Origin: Fluviicola sp. | GTDB taxonomy: Bacteria; Bacteroidota; Bacteroidia; Flavobacteriales_D; Crocinitomicaceae | Assembly (NCBI GenBank): GCA_020849495.1 | Contig: JADLGD010000029.1 | Coordinates: 58,439-122,438 of the forward strand | Direction of reading: 5' to 3' | Length of the DNA: 64,000 nucleotides | Shown: positions 1 to 10,008 of the stretch, piece after piece | Numbering within the stretch: position 1 is the first letter of the stretch | How the letters are laid out: every line of letters begins with the position of its first letter | Notes under the pieces: model-generated | Seen by the model: the letters and a program-made list of their open reading frames with translations, nothing else | Told to the model about the DNA's origin: nothing | Database searches by the model: none | Position numbers and translations under genes: made by a program

Positions 1-47
1 TACATGCAAGCGTTTGGAGCAAAAAAAAATATTTTTTTTCAAAAAAA

Positions 48-73
48 AATGAGCGACTTTTCAATCGCTCATT
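48..73 (-). terminator. Intrinsic terminator after hpf
   Basis: Stem AATGAGCGA/TCGCTCATT (48-56/65-73) followed on the minus strand by a T run. Confidence 0.75.
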
Positions 74-94
74 CTAACTTTTTCATTATCAGGT

Positions 95-391
95 TTAACT
101 CAATTGTTTCTCCTTGTATTTTTTTACTTGTGTTTTTAGGGCATCTATGCATAAATCTGCTGCCTCTTCAAATGTTTTGCACTGTTTTTTGGCAAACAAC
201 TCTTTTCCTGGAATCAAAATCTTTACTTCGGTAATCTTATTTTCTTTGTCTGAATTTTTATCTAATCTTAAAAAAACTTCACTTACGATGATCTGATCAA
301 ACAACAATTGTAGTTTCGTCACTTTTTCATTAATAAAATCAATCAACTTTTGATCCGCTTTGAAATGAATAGAATGCACTTTGATATCCAT
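95..391 (-). CDS. hpf: Ribosome hibernation promoting factor / RaiA family
   Basis: 98 aa; MDIKVHSIHFKAD...K.AE..IPGKELFAKKQCKTFEEAAD pattern of the S30AE family; usual Bacteroidota position after xerC. Confidence 0.9.
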   Translation of the reverse strand: MDIKVHSIHFKADQKLIDFINEKVTKLQLLFDQIIVSEVFLRLDKNSDKENKITEVKILIPGKELFAKKQCKTFEEAADLCIDALKTQVKKYKEKQLS

Positions 392-396
392 GACTA

Positions 397-1290
397 CTAA
401 GTTTTACGCCCACGCGGGTGAGCTTGTGAATAAATTGAATTAATTTGAGCGAAAGAGTTGTGTGTGTAAACTTGTGTTGCTGAAAGATTAGCGTGACCTA
501 ATAATTCCTTCAGCGTTTCCAAGCCTGCTCCATTGTTTAATAAATGCGTTGCAAACGTATGTCTTAAAACATGGGGACTTCTCTTTTGCTGCGTCGTTAC
601 ACTCCCAAGGTAGCTATTAATTTTTCTATAAACAAACTTTGCCGAGCATTTTCTACCATCTTTTTTGACAAATAACATATTTTGGCTATCAGGTCCTTTT
701 GGCTTTAAAGCGCGGTACGACTGAATTCGCTCATACAAAGAATGTCCAATAGGAATGATGCGCTCTTTGTTTCTTTTACCTAAAACCTTGATTTGCTTTG
801 CACTTACATCCACCTCTTTTAAATTCAACAATTCACTTAATCGTATACCTGTTTGATAAAACAACTCTATCATCAAACGATCTCTAAGCCCTTCAAAATT
901 ATCTGCAAATAATGGTGCAATTCGGTTTTCTGTGAATTCTGTCTGTTTGATGAACTGTGGTAATCGCTTTTCTACTTTTGGACCTCTCACTTTCAACATC
1001 GGATTCACTTCAATGACTCCTTCGCGTTTTAGCCAGCCAAAAAAAGAACGCAAACAACTTAGTTTACGCCCAACAGTTCTTGCTGTTTGACCAGCCTCCA
1101 ACAGCTCCACTATCCAAGCTCGAATCAATTGATGATTGACTTCTTTCCATTCAGCGGATTTTACAATCTCTGCAAATGTTATGAATTGCGTTAAATCTTC
1201 TTGATAGGCAATAACGGTATGACCTGAATAGCGCTTTTCCACTTCCAAGTAGTGTAAAAATTGATCTTTGTATCCGTTATTGTTTGACAT
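397..1290 (-). CDS. xerC: XerC/XerD-family tyrosine recombinase (chromosome dimer resolution)
   Basis: Catalytic motifs TGIRLSEL, GKRNKER, HVLRHTFATHLL, GHANLSATQVYTH; conserved rpsU-xer-hpf context. Confidence 0.85.
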   Translation of the reverse strand: MSNNNGYKDQFLHYLEVEKRYSGHTVIAYQEDLTQFITFAEIVKSAEWKEVNHQLIRAWIVELLEAGQTARTVGRKLSCLRSFFGWLKREGVIEVNPMLKVRGPKVEKRLPQFIKQTEFTENRIAPLFADNFEGLRDRLMIELFYQTGIRLSELLNLKEVDVSAKQIKVLGKRNKERIIPIGHSLYERIQSYRALKPKGPDSQNMLFVKKDGRKCSAKFVYRKINSYLGSVTTQQKRSPHVLRHTFATHLLNNGAGLETLKELLGHANLSATQVYTHNSFAQINSIYSQAHPRGRKT

Positions 1291-1329
1291 CTGTTTTAGA
1301 ACGCTGAAAATCCTTAAAAGTTTCTTGAA

Positions 1330-1362
1330 AATAAAAAAAAGGAGCCCAAACTGGACTCCTTT
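1330..1362 (-). terminator. Intrinsic terminator after rpsU
   Basis: Minus strand GGAGTCCA-gtt-TGGGCTCC followed by T8. Confidence 0.7.
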
Positions 1363-1385
1363 AAATATCGAATAAGAAATTATTC

Positions 1386-1577
1386 CTAGATCTCTTGCGA
1401 TTTCATTTTTTGAGCGTAAGCTGCTTTGATACGGCTTTGACGATCAATAACAGATGGTTTTACGAACTCTTTACGTCTACGCAATTCTTTCATCACGTTC
1501 GTTTTGTCGAATTTTTTCTTGTACTTCTTAAGCGCTCTTTCGATGTTCTCGCCTTCTTTTACTGGAATAATTAACAT
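1386..1577 (-). CDS. rpsU: 30S ribosomal protein S21
   Basis: MLIIPVKEGENIERALKKYKKKF...RRRKEFVKPSV, typical Bacteroidota bS21. Confidence 0.97.
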   Translation of the reverse strand: MLIIPVKEGENIERALKKYKKKFDKTNVMKELRRRKEFVKPSVIDRQSRIKAAYAQKMKSQEI

Positions 1578-1612
1578 ATCTATAATTCTATTTGATGCTT
1601 ATTAATGGGTCG

Positions 1613-1620
1613 CAAAGATA
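1613..1620 (-). promoter_or_regulatory. Bacteroidota sigma70 -7 element for rpsU (TATCTTTG)
   Basis: Matches TAnnTTTG; TTG at 1639-1641 is a plausible -33 element. Confidence 0.7.
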
Positions 1621-1644
1621 CAAATCTTTTTTTTTCCACAATGC

Positions 1645-2784
1645 CTATTTCAAAATTTCTCGAGAAATTACTAATTTTTGTATTTCTGAGGTTCCTTCAC
1701 CGATTGTCATCAACTTTGCATCGCGCAAGAATTTCTCAGCTGGATACTCTTTTGTGTAGCCATAACCACCCATGATCTGAACCGCTTCATTCCCACATCT
1801 AACGGATACTTCAGAAGCAAAATATTTCGCAAAAGCACCTTGAGTAGTCATTTTTTGGTGACGGTTTTTTAAATCAGCAGCTTGGAATGTCAATAATTCA
1901 GCAGCTTCAACTTCAGTAGCCATGTCTGCTAATTTAAATCCAATTGCTTGGAATTTTCCGATTGGTTGACCGAATTGTTCGCGTTCTTTAGCATATTTCA
2001 CAGAAGCTTCGTAAGCTCCACGAGCAATTCCGCAAGACAAAGCAGCAATTGAAACACGACCGCCATCTAAGATTTGCATTGCTTGTTTGAAACCTTGTCC
2101 AACCTCACCAATTACTTGAGATTCGTGAACACGTACGTTTTCAAAAATCAACTCAGCTGTTTCAGAAGCACGTACTCCAAATTTATCTTTGATTTTCACT
2201 GCAGAGAAACCTGGAGTTCCTTTTTCAATGATGAAAGCAGTAATTCCGTTTGAATCCAACAATTCTCCTGTGCGGATCAATACAACTGCAACATCTCCTG
2301 ATAAACCATGAGTGATCCAGTTTTTAGCTCCATTAATTACCCAATGGTCGCCATCTTTAACAGCAGTACATTTCATGCGCATGGCATCAGAACCTGTGTT
2401 TGGCTCCGTCAAACCCCATGCACCGATCCATTCACCTGATGCTAATTTTGGAAGGTATTTTTTCTTTTGTTCTTCGTTTCCATGGTAGTAGATGTGACCT
2501 GTACACAAAGAGTTGTGTGCAGCAACACTCAATCCAATTCCTCCACATACTTTTCCTAATTCCATCAATGCAGTTGCATATTCGAAATAAGAAAAGCCAC
2601 TTCCACCGTATTCTTCTGGGATGTAGATTCCAAGTAAGCCAAGCTCACCCATTTTTTTCATTACATCAACTGGGAAATGCTCATCTGCATCCCACTGATT
2701 CATGTTTGGACGGATTTCTCTTTCCGCAAAATCACGCACCATTTGCGCGATCATCTTTTGATTTTCGTTCTGTTCAAAGTTCAT
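1645..2784 (-). CDS. Acyl-CoA dehydrogenase
   Basis: GAWGLTEPNTGSDA, NGAKNWIT, GGYGYTKEYPAEKFLRDAK, IGEGTSEIQ motifs. Confidence 0.95.
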   Translation of the reverse strand: MNFEQNENQKMIAQMVRDFAEREIRPNMNQWDADEHFPVDVMKKMGELGLLGIYIPEEYGGSGFSYFEYATALMELGKVCGGIGLSVAAHNSLCTGHIYYHGNEEQKKKYLPKLASGEWIGAWGLTEPNTGSDAMRMKCTAVKDGDHWVINGAKNWITHGLSGDVAVVLIRTGELLDSNGITAFIIEKGTPGFSAVKIKDKFGVRASETAELIFENVRVHESQVIGEVGQGFKQAMQILDGGRVSIAALSCGIARGAYEASVKYAKEREQFGQPIGKFQAIGFKLADMATEVEAAELLTFQAADLKNRHQKMTTQGAFAKYFASEVSVRCGNEAVQIMGGYGYTKEYPAEKFLRDAKLMTIGEGTSEIQKLVISREILK

Positions 2785-2835
2785 GCTAACAGTTTTGGGG
2801 TGTTCCGTTAAAAAACTTGTTTTTCGATTAGTTAT

Positions 2836-3363
2836 TTAATAGCCGACTAAATTAGTAATATTATCTGTGTAGTTTCTTAATTTTTCTTCACCATTGAGAA
2901 AATTTAATCCTACTAGAAAGTTAAAACCAGCCACTTCACCTCCACATTGCACAATTAATTCTGCTGCTGCAGCGGCAGAACCACCTGTTGCCAATAAATC
3001 ATCGTGGATCAAGATTTTTTCACCTGGTTTAACTGCATCCACATGAATTTCAATAGTAGCTGTACCGTATTCCAACTCGTAAGCATAACTGATTTTGTGG
3101 TAAGGCAATTTTCCGGCTTTACGAATCAAAACAAAAGGAATTCCTAGTTTCATTGCAACTGGATAGCCGAATAAAAAACCACGACTTTCAATTCCTGCAA
3201 TTTTATCAATTCCTTTGTCTTTGTACATTTCCACCAAATGATCTACGATGTCTGACGACAATTTGGGATCCAACATGATCGGTGTGATGTCTTTAAAGAC
3301 AATTCCTTCTTTTGGAAAATCTACTACATCTCTAATTGCAGTTTTGATTCTATTTTCTATCAT
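2836..3363 (-). CDS. apt: Adenine phosphoribosyltransferase
   Basis: DFPKEGIVFKDITP, GIESRGF, HDDLLATGGS (PRPP loop). Start moved from 3384 to 3363 (TAATG coupling with the upstream gene). Confidence 0.95.
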   Translation of the reverse strand: MIENRIKTAIRDVVDFPKEGIVFKDITPIMLDPKLSSDIVDHLVEMYKDKGIDKIAGIESRGFLFGYPVAMKLGIPFVLIRKAGKLPYHKISYAYELEYGTATIEIHVDAVKPGEKILIHDDLLATGGSAAAAAELIVQCGGEVAGFNFLVGLNFLNGEEKLRNYTDNITNLVGY

Positions 3364-4232
3364 TACTCTACTGTTAAGTACCACTTCAATTGCTCGAAAA
3401 GGGTCTCAGTCATCAATGCCGATTTTTTCACCTCTTCTATTTTTTTGAAGTTTCCGTTTTGGAGGCGCAATTTTACGATAGAATTTGCCAAATTCCAAGA
3501 AATATAAGGATGAGCTTGTAACTCTTCAACCGTTGCTTGATTGAGATTGATTTTTTTAAGTTGTTTTGAAGCATATAAACTCGGTTTCCATTGGGCCAAT
3601 TTTTCTTCATCCATCTTCCAAATCTCTAACAATTGGTTGATATCGTGATAACCGCCAAGTTCAGTTCTTCTTTTTACAATTTGTTTAGCGAAAAATGGTC
3701 CGATTCCTTTTATTTGTTGCAATTCTTCCACACTTGCTGTGTTCACATCTAAAATAACAGACTGTTTAACAGCTTTGGAAAAATCTTCTTTTTCGTACTT
3801 GGTATTCGATGGATTGTAAACCGTCGAATCTTTGATCAACTCAAACAATTCATCATTGATGACGACAATTTTTTTAAGATCGTTATTGGATCGCAATGGA
3901 TAACGGGTAAATTTTAATACCACTTCCGCTTGTTTTTGACTCAGACCCAATGCCATCCATTCTTCCAAGGTGTATTCATTGGGATTGAATTTAGCTGGAG
4001 GTGCATTGAATTTTGAACCTCGGTCATAATTATTTCTTGATGAACGGGCATTTTTCTCAACACTTACAATTGCTTTTTTGGTTTTCTCATCCCACTCTTT
4101 GATAGAAATACTCTCTTTCGCACTGAATGTTTGGATCACATCAGGCAACACAAAAAGGGCAATCAACACCAAAGCTAAAATCAGTGCGCCCCTGAATGTT
4201 GATTTAGAAAAGGCTTCGTTACTCATGCTCAA
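3363..4232 (-). CDS. ComEA-like helix-hairpin-helix DNA-binding protein, membrane anchored
   Basis: N-terminal TM helix; HhH repeats DVNTASVEELQQIKGIGPFFAKQIV and NLNQATVEELQAHPYI. Confidence 0.85.
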   Translation of the reverse strand: MSMSNEAFSKSTFRGALILALVLIALFVLPDVIQTFSAKESISIKEWDEKTKKAIVSVEKNARSSRNNYDRGSKFNAPPAKFNPNEYTLEEWMALGLSQKQAEVVLKFTRYPLRSNNDLKKIVVINDELFELIKDSTVYNPSNTKYEKEDFSKAVKQSVILDVNTASVEELQQIKGIGPFFAKQIVKRRTELGGYHDINQLLEIWKMDEEKLAQWKPSLYASKQLKKINLNQATVEELQAHPYISWNLANSIVKLRLQNGNFKKIEEVKKSALMTETLFEQLKWYLTVE

Positions 4233-4239
4233 AAACAGG

Positions 4240-5076
4240 TTAACGTTTAAACCATTTCACTTTCTTGCTTTTGCCGGTTTGATTAATCAATTCAAGCAAG
4301 TAAACACCAGCGTCTAATTGATCAACGCCTAACTGATTTCCTTCTAATTGACCTGATGAAACAACTGCTCCGTGAATGTTTATCACTTTGTAAGATAATT
4401 GTTCTGAAAGTTCATTTTGAATGAAAAGATGATCTTCTGCTGGATTTGGATACACATTCACATCAAGTAGTTGATTTTCCGAAAGTGCCGCTGAAAAATT
4501 GTTCTTGTAAAAGAAGAAGAACCATTTAGCTGGTCCTGGATCAAACATCCCTACTGTTGGAGCATAGAGGTAGCATAACACATCGTAGTCATTTGCAGCA
4601 ATGAGTTGAACAATTTGCAAACTACTTGCTGTTTCCCAAGCCAAATCGGTTTGTGAATTACTCGCCATCGGTGCACCATTTATATCAAGACAAGACATAA
4701 AAGATGGAACAGCTAAGCTAGTTGGTAAAGCATCAAAAGGTGGAGCTGTATTGGAACTTAATTGTGGATGTGATTGCTGACCTAGTCCCATCCAAACAAT
4801 GGTACCGCTAAAAAACACTTCCGTTGAAGGATTCAGATACAGCGACATTGAACCGAAATCGCCAGGCACAACATAGTTTGTTCCAAATGGCAAAGAATCA
4901 AGTGTACAATCTTCACAGTCGTAATAATTCAATGAAGCGCCAGAAAAGGAATAATCTTCGTAATCGACTGCAACAGTGAGCAAATTGATTTTATTGGGAA
5001 GAAATAGGGTGTCAAATTGTGCCGTTCCAAAAATTGGAACAAAAAAAGCAAGGATTTGGATATAAATCAATCGCAT
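4240..5076 (-). CDS. T9SS type A CTD protein, unknown N-terminal domain
   Basis: Signal peptide; C-terminal VYPNPAEDHL...LDAGVYLLEL...KVKWFKR. Confidence 0.8.
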   Translation of the reverse strand: MRLIYIQILAFFVPIFGTAQFDTLFLPNKINLLTVAVDYEDYSFSGASLNYYDCEDCTLDSLPFGTNYVVPGDFGSMSLYLNPSTEVFFSGTIVWMGLGQQSHPQLSSNTAPPFDALPTSLAVPSFMSCLDINGAPMASNSQTDLAWETASSLQIVQLIAANDYDVLCYLYAPTVGMFDPGPAKWFFFFYKNNFSAALSENQLLDVNVYPNPAEDHLFIQNELSEQLSYKVINIHGAVVSSGQLEGNQLGVDQLDAGVYLLELINQTGKSKKVKWFKR

Positions 5077-5133
5077 AGACGGAAAGTTTGTCGTCTAAAA
5101 TATCAATCTTTTTACTAAGAAAAAAATTCGGTT

Positions 5134-6033
5134 TTAATTTTTTAATTCTGCTAATAAAAGCGGGACAGTTTCTTCGATTGATTTTGGCTGATACGCTAAC
5201 AATTGGAAGGCTTTATCCAGAATGAACCCTGTTTTAGGCGGACGTTTTGCTGCTTGATTCAAAGTTGCGGAACTTATTGTTGAGATGTTTTCTGTAGAAA
5301 GTTTCATCGTTTCTGCGATGCGTTTCACGATTTCATCAACTGCCAAAGTTGTAGGTCCGCTCAAATGAAAAATACCGGTTTGTTTTCGAAGTACTATTTC
5401 TACACAACCATAAGCTAAATCATCTGCCCATGTTGGCGCTCGAAATTGATCGTTCACTAATTTCATGGGTTCTCCTTTTGGCAAAGCTTCTAAGGCCCAA
5501 AGTACCATGTTTGATCGCGATAAGCCATGACCAGTTCCGTAAACAATGATTGTTCTAGCAATTGACCAATTTGTGTTTGCATCTTCTAACAGCAAGTTTT
5601 CAGCAGCAACTTTAGATTGTGCATACACGCTCAAAGGATTTACAGAATCGGTTTCTTTGTAAGGTCCATTTTCACCATCAAACACAAAATCGGTGGAAAG
5701 CAGTTCAAAATGCGCTTGGATACTTTTCGCAGATTCCCAAAGGTATTTGGTTGCGGTTACATTGACCAATTTGCATTCCTCTGGATGATCTTCACAATAA
5801 TCTACATTCGTTAAAGCAGCAGTATGAATGATTACAGAAGGACGCAAATCTTCAAAAAGACTTTGAACAGCTATTGGATCCGTAATATCCAGTGAATGAT
5901 AGTTTGATGCAGGACAATCGGGATTTCTATTTTCTCCTTTTGAAGTGGCAATGAAATCAATTTGCTGTTGAAGACAACGCTTCACAATTTTTTGTCCCAA
6001 CAAACCATTGGAACCAGTGATCAATAACTTCAT
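5134..6033 (-). CDS. rfbD: dTDP-4-dehydrorhamnose reductase (RfbD/RmlD family SDR)
   Basis: ITGSNGLLG, HTAALTNVDYCE, STDFVFDG, YAQSK, DQFRAPT. Start moved to MKLLITG (6033). Confidence 0.8.
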   Translation of the reverse strand: MKLLITGSNGLLGQKIVKRCLQQQIDFIATSKGENRNPDCPASNYHSLDITDPIAVQSLFEDLRPSVIIHTAALTNVDYCEDHPEECKLVNVTATKYLWESAKSIQAHFELLSTDFVFDGENGPYKETDSVNPLSVYAQSKVAAENLLLEDANTNWSIARTIIVYGTGHGLSRSNMVLWALEALPKGEPMKLVNDQFRAPTWADDLAYGCVEIVLRKQTGIFHLSGPTTLAVDEIVKRIAETMKLSTENISTISSATLNQAAKRPPKTGFILDKAFQLLAYQPKSIEETVPLLLAELKN

Positions 6034-6034
6034 T

Positions 6035-6274
6035 TTATAATTCCCAAATTGAAGCGCGTTTCGATCTTTTAAACCCAAAATAATGTTTGTGTTCTAAAAT
6101 CCACGCCATGATTAAATAAGGAATCAATGGAGAACCTAAACCAATGACCGTTGCATACAAAAAACCCAAACGTACTTTATTGGTTTGAATGCCAATTTTT
6201 TGAGCCCACCATGAGCACACTCCAAAAGAACGCATTTCGAAAAAGAAGGCAATTTTTTGCAACGTACGTTTCAT
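6035..6274 (-). CDS. PspC-domain small membrane protein
   Basis: FGVCSWWAQKIGIQTNKVRLGFLY...PYLIMAWIL resembles Bacteroidota PspC proteins found beside DUF2851. Start moved to 6274. Confidence 0.7.
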   Translation of the reverse strand: MKRTLQKIAFFFEMRSFGVCSWWAQKIGIQTNKVRLGFLYATVIGLGSPLIPYLIMAWILEHKHYFGFKRSKRASIWEL

Positions 6275-6322
6275 ACACTTGGTTTTTGATGCTTCAATCA
6301 TTCTCAAAGCACAAACACAAAT

Positions 6323-7600
6323 TTACTGCTTTTGACCTAAAGTATGCTGTCCGACACGACATTTTAAACACAACTTTTTTTCGCACCATTGGGACAGTAA
6401 TTCCAAAAGACCTTGCGCATCAGCGGCCGACTTTGCCTCAATCCCTAATTGCTTCCAATAATCGAGTCGAACATTTTTTTCTGCGGGTAGCATTTCTAGT
6501 ATTTCCAAGCCTTTTTCTCTGTAAGCACTATTTGCCAACCGCTTACTTAACCAAAATAAAAAAGGGACAATACTGTTTACAATGATCAATTGTGCGGTAG
6601 CTTTACTCATAGCAGTTGAAACTTTGTCTTTTTTAGCGATCCCAAAATTTACATGATTCAACCAATACGCATCAATTGGAGCTAGTAAGGCACTGTACAT
6701 CGCATCCAATAATTGGCGGGTAGGCAATTCCCAAAAAGCTTCCGACCAATCCATGCGATGGATAAAATTGGCAAATTGTGCCAAGCGGATTGTTGGAAAA
6801 CCGGGTGGTCTGCAGCCTTTGAATTTCCAGCTTTCTTTTTTCGCAGCTTGAATGGATAAACGTGCACGTTGAAAACGCCATTCATTGGTCAATTGCAATT
6901 GGTAATCATCTGATGGTTGTTGTTCTAAAAATCCGGCTGTACCAAAAACGAGGGCTTGCTTTTCGGGTAAAGAACATTTCATAAAACGCTCAAAGGGCAA
7001 GCGCTGACTTAATTCCATGAATGGCAAGGCGTTCGTTTTGCAGCCAAACGATTTTGCTAAAGCTTGAAACAGGACTTCTTTTGGGTTGGGAGCCACTTCG
7101 TTTTGGGATTCATGCAATTCTTGCGCTTTTCTGTTCAGACGATCTAGGAGTGCAACTTCAACTTGGTTCCAAAAAATGGGCGGCGGACAATCGTTTAAAC
7201 TACTAGCACAATGAACAAGGCTTTTCGATTCGCTGAACTGATGAACCTGTTTGTAGTGTGCCCAATCGATGTGTTCCTTGAGTTCAATCGTTGGAATTTC
7301 AATTCCTTCGATGAACACCAATTGATCGTGTTCGTAAACCACATGCAGGATTACATTGTCATAAGCCCTGTCTTCATGGTGTTTGTGAGCATACCAATCA
7401 GAAGACTTGATGTGCATTTCAATGTTTCCACTATGGCGCACACCATCGATTTCAATTTGTCCATTGAAAAAATCAGGACCTGAAGCAGTGTTGTAAATAC
7501 CAACATGAAGTATTTTGACTTCTTTTTTGTCAATTGTTTGCAATAAATGAAAAGGCAAACGTTTGGTTTTCCAGATTAAGTGTAGATAATTCTCATTCAT
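6323..7600 (-). CDS. DUF2851 family protein
   Basis: MNENYLHLIW, GPDFFN, GNIEMHIKSSDWYAHKH, NVILHVV, RPPGFPTIRLAQ, C-terminal CLKCRVG. Confidence 0.85.
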   Translation of the reverse strand: MNENYLHLIWKTKRLPFHLLQTIDKKEVKILHVGIYNTASGPDFFNGQIEIDGVRHSGNIEMHIKSSDWYAHKHHEDRAYDNVILHVVYEHDQLVFIEGIEIPTIELKEHIDWAHYKQVHQFSESKSLVHCASSLNDCPPPIFWNQVEVALLDRLNRKAQELHESQNEVAPNPKEVLFQALAKSFGCKTNALPFMELSQRLPFERFMKCSLPEKQALVFGTAGFLEQQPSDDYQLQLTNEWRFQRARLSIQAAKKESWKFKGCRPPGFPTIRLAQFANFIHRMDWSEAFWELPTRQLLDAMYSALLAPIDAYWLNHVNFGIAKKDKVSTAMSKATAQLIIVNSIVPFLFWLSKRLANSAYREKGLEILEMLPAEKNVRLDYWKQLGIEAKSAADAQGLLELLSQWCEKKLCLKCRVGQHTLGQKQ

Positions 7601-7735
7601 TTCGGATCGTTTTCCTATTGAATTTAGGAAAAAAGGTCGTTTAGAACAAGAGGATAAATGTTAAAAATTAGCTGAAAATTCGATTTTATAACAACAAAAA
7701 TGTTCGTTGAAAAAGCAAAACTTAAAGCTCATTCG

Positions 7736-8233
7736 TTAACCTTTACTTTTGTTAAAGACGAATTTGCTGATGCTTTTGAATTCTTCTTTTTCTTTCGAAG
7801 TTGCAATTTGTTGTCTTAGTGACTCAGTAGATGTAACGCCATCTACTCCTCCATCCAATAAAGAAATATCTCCTACAATTAATTGATTCCCATCAAATTC
7901 AAACTGATACAAATAGTATTTATCTTCATTTGAAGGCTTTAAATACATAACATTTAATCCATTGATATTGGTTTGATACATCAGCAAATCATCTGTTTCA
8001 AGAGCATACATTTCTCCACGTTCAATCACATTCACTGCATAAGCAAACTTACTTTGCTTTTTAAACGAAACTGAAAGCACTTCATGATCCGGAGTACTTG
8101 AATCCAAGGTCCAAATCCCTTCTAATCGGGGATCTACTGCCTCAGTACCAATGTTACCAGGTGTGTAATCCAGTCCAACAGGGCAAGCAGTTAATAGCAA
8201 TACGAATGGAAGAAAATAGATCAGCTTTTTCAT
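7736..8233 (-). CDS. Hypothetical lipoprotein
   Basis: Lipobox LLTA-C; 165 aa, beta-rich. Confidence 0.7.
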   Translation of the reverse strand: MKKLIYFLPFVLLLTACPVGLDYTPGNIGTEAVDPRLEGIWTLDSSTPDHEVLSVSFKKQSKFAYAVNVIERGEMYALETDDLLMYQTNINGLNVMYLKPSNEDKYYLYQFEFDGNQLIVGDISLLDGGVDGVTSTESLRQQIATSKEKEEFKSISKFVFNKSKG

Positions 8234-8331
8234 GAGGATTTTTTTCTAAAACTAGTATTTTTTTTTATAACGCTAGACTTCTGACTGTTAATTACATAGC
8301 GAATAAAACTGCTTTTCCGTTATAATTATCG

Positions 8332-8339
8332 TACTTTTG
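8332..8339 (+). promoter_or_regulatory. -7 element (TACTTTTG) for the helicase-KTSC operon
   Basis: TAnnTTTG match 18 nt upstream of the ATG at 8358. Confidence 0.65.
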
Positions 8340-8357
8340 CAGCTTTATAATTCGAAT

Positions 8358-9518
8358 ATGGTGTTTTCCTCACTTCAATTACATCCTTCTCTTCTTCCTG
8401 TTTTAAACGAATTAAAATTCGAGCAAGCGACTCCTATTCAGGAACTAGCTATACCAGCGATTTTGAATGGAAAAGATGTGATGGGAATTGCACCAACTGG
8501 TTCTGGTAAAACGGCGAGTTATGCTTTGCCAATTTTAACTCAGCTAGCAAAACAACCTGTTTCGAAAACCCGCAACATTCCTGTTTTGATTTTGGTTCCA
8601 ACACGTGAATTAGCTATTCAGGTGGAAGAAGTGTTCAAACTCTTTGCTCCAGCTTTGCCAAATTCACCAAAAATCAAAGCGGTTTATGGTGGTGTTTCGA
8701 TCAATCCGCAAATGAAATCCATGATGGGCGTTTCGGTTTTGATTGCTACTCCAGGACGTTTGATTGAATTATTGGAGAAAAACGCCCTTCAATTGAGCAG
8801 TTTGAAAACCTTGTTGCTGGACGAAGCTGATAAATTATTGAATCAAGGGTTCCAGGAGGAAATGGATCAAATCCGATCTTATCTTCCTGCAAAACGACAA
8901 AATTGTTTGTTCTCTGCCACATTGAACGAGAAAGTAGAAGCCATTACTTCATTGTTATTGCACGATCCGCTGGTGTTAAAAGTGGAGCAAACAGAAAACA
9001 GTGTAGAACAAATCAAACAAACGGCTTTTTGGGTGAATGAAGACCGAAAAGGACCTTTGCTGCGCTATTTAATAAAAAGCAGAAACATGCACCAAGTGTT
9101 GGTGTTTGTGGGATCAACTTTCAAAGCTGATGCAGTTGTAGAAAAATTGCGCAACAATAAATTGGACGCAGTGGCTATTCACAGTAAGAAAAGTCAGGAT
9201 GCGCGAACAAAATCATTGCGCAATTTCAAAGAAGGGAAAACACGCATTTTAGTTGCAACCGATTTGATTTCACGAGGGATTGATATTGAATTTTTGCCCT
9301 ATGTCATCAACTACGAATTGCCACGATCGCCAAAAGATTACATTCACCGAATAGGTCGAACGGGAAGAGCAGAAGCAACGGGTGAAGCCATTACTTTTGT
9401 GATGCCTGAAGATGAGCACCATTGGAAAATCATTCAAAAGAAAACAAAAAAAGAACAGGAACATCCTGCACATATTGAACATATTTCAACAGAAGATTTC
9501 GACTTGAAAGGATATTAA
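8358..9518 (+). CDS. DEAD-box RNA helicase (RhlE-like)
   Basis: Q motif ATPIQ, APTGSGKT, PTRELA, TPGRL, DEAD, SAT, HRIGRTGRA. Start moved from the TTG at 8337 to the ATG at 8358. Confidence 0.95.
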   Translation: MVFSSLQLHPSLLPVLNELKFEQATPIQELAIPAILNGKDVMGIAPTGSGKTASYALPILTQLAKQPVSKTRNIPVLILVPTRELAIQVEEVFKLFAPALPNSPKIKAVYGGVSINPQMKSMMGVSVLIATPGRLIELLEKNALQLSSLKTLLLDEADKLLNQGFQEEMDQIRSYLPAKRQNCLFSATLNEKVEAITSLLLHDPLVLKVEQTENSVEQIKQTAFWVNEDRKGPLLRYLIKSRNMHQVLVFVGSTFKADAVVEKLRNNKLDAVAIHSKKSQDARTKSLRNFKEGKTRILVATDLISRGIDIEFLPYVINYELPRSPKDYIHRIGRTGRAEATGEAITFVMPEDEHHWKIIQKKTKKEQEHPAHIEHISTEDFDLKGY

Positions 9519-9529
9519 ACATAAAATAG

Positions 9530-9979
9530 ATGAAACGCATTGCACAATACAAAAAACTCTTTCAAGTAGAATCAACTATTGAATTAGCAGATTTAAAAAA
9601 GACCTACCGCAAGTTGGTTAAAGAATGGCACCCGGATAAATTTCAAGAAAATGATCCTTTGAAAGCGGAAGCAGAACAAAAAAGCACCGAAATCATTGAT
9701 GCGTATCATTTCTTGGTGAGCATTGCTCCTGAAACATTGGAACAAAACTTACCCGCATATACCGAAATGATTACCAGCTCGATCGTTTCAGATTTTCAAT
9801 ACAAAGGCTTGACTTTGAAAGTAACTTTCCACAACGGTGATGTTTACGAGTACTTTGGTGTTCAAGCCAACAACTACAAGAAATTTGCCTCTGCTCCGTC
9901 GCCAGAACGCTATGGAAGAAGACATATTTTCACTTCACACGTTTACAGACAAGCAGCAAAGAGCACGGTGGAGGCTTAA
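9530..9979 (+). CDS. J-domain (DnaJ) + KTSC domain fusion protein
   Basis: N-terminal LKKTYRKLVKEWHPDKF (HPD motif); C-terminal TLKVTFHNGDVYEYFGV...YKKFASAPSPERY KTSC pattern. Confidence 0.85.
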   Translation: MKRIAQYKKLFQVESTIELADLKKTYRKLVKEWHPDKFQENDPLKAEAEQKSTEIIDAYHFLVSIAPETLEQNLPAYTEMITSSIVSDFQYKGLTLKVTFHNGDVYEYFGVQANNYKKFASAPSPERYGRRHIFTSHVYRQAAKSTVEA

Positions 9980-10008
9980 AGAAAAAGCCGCATTAAAAGT
10001 TCAAATTG

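Noticed and set aside
4-234. 76-aa plus-strand ORF, and other short antisense ORFs such as 2400-2789, 6151-6585, 10328-10699 and 15657-16049
   Set aside because: They are shadows of well-supported genes on the opposite strand, with no recognisable motifs or start context.
397-1290. Tyrosine recombinase as a phage or ICE integrase
   Set aside because: It is XerC-sized and sits in the conserved rpsU-xer-hpf housekeeping context, with no att repeats or cargo nearby.
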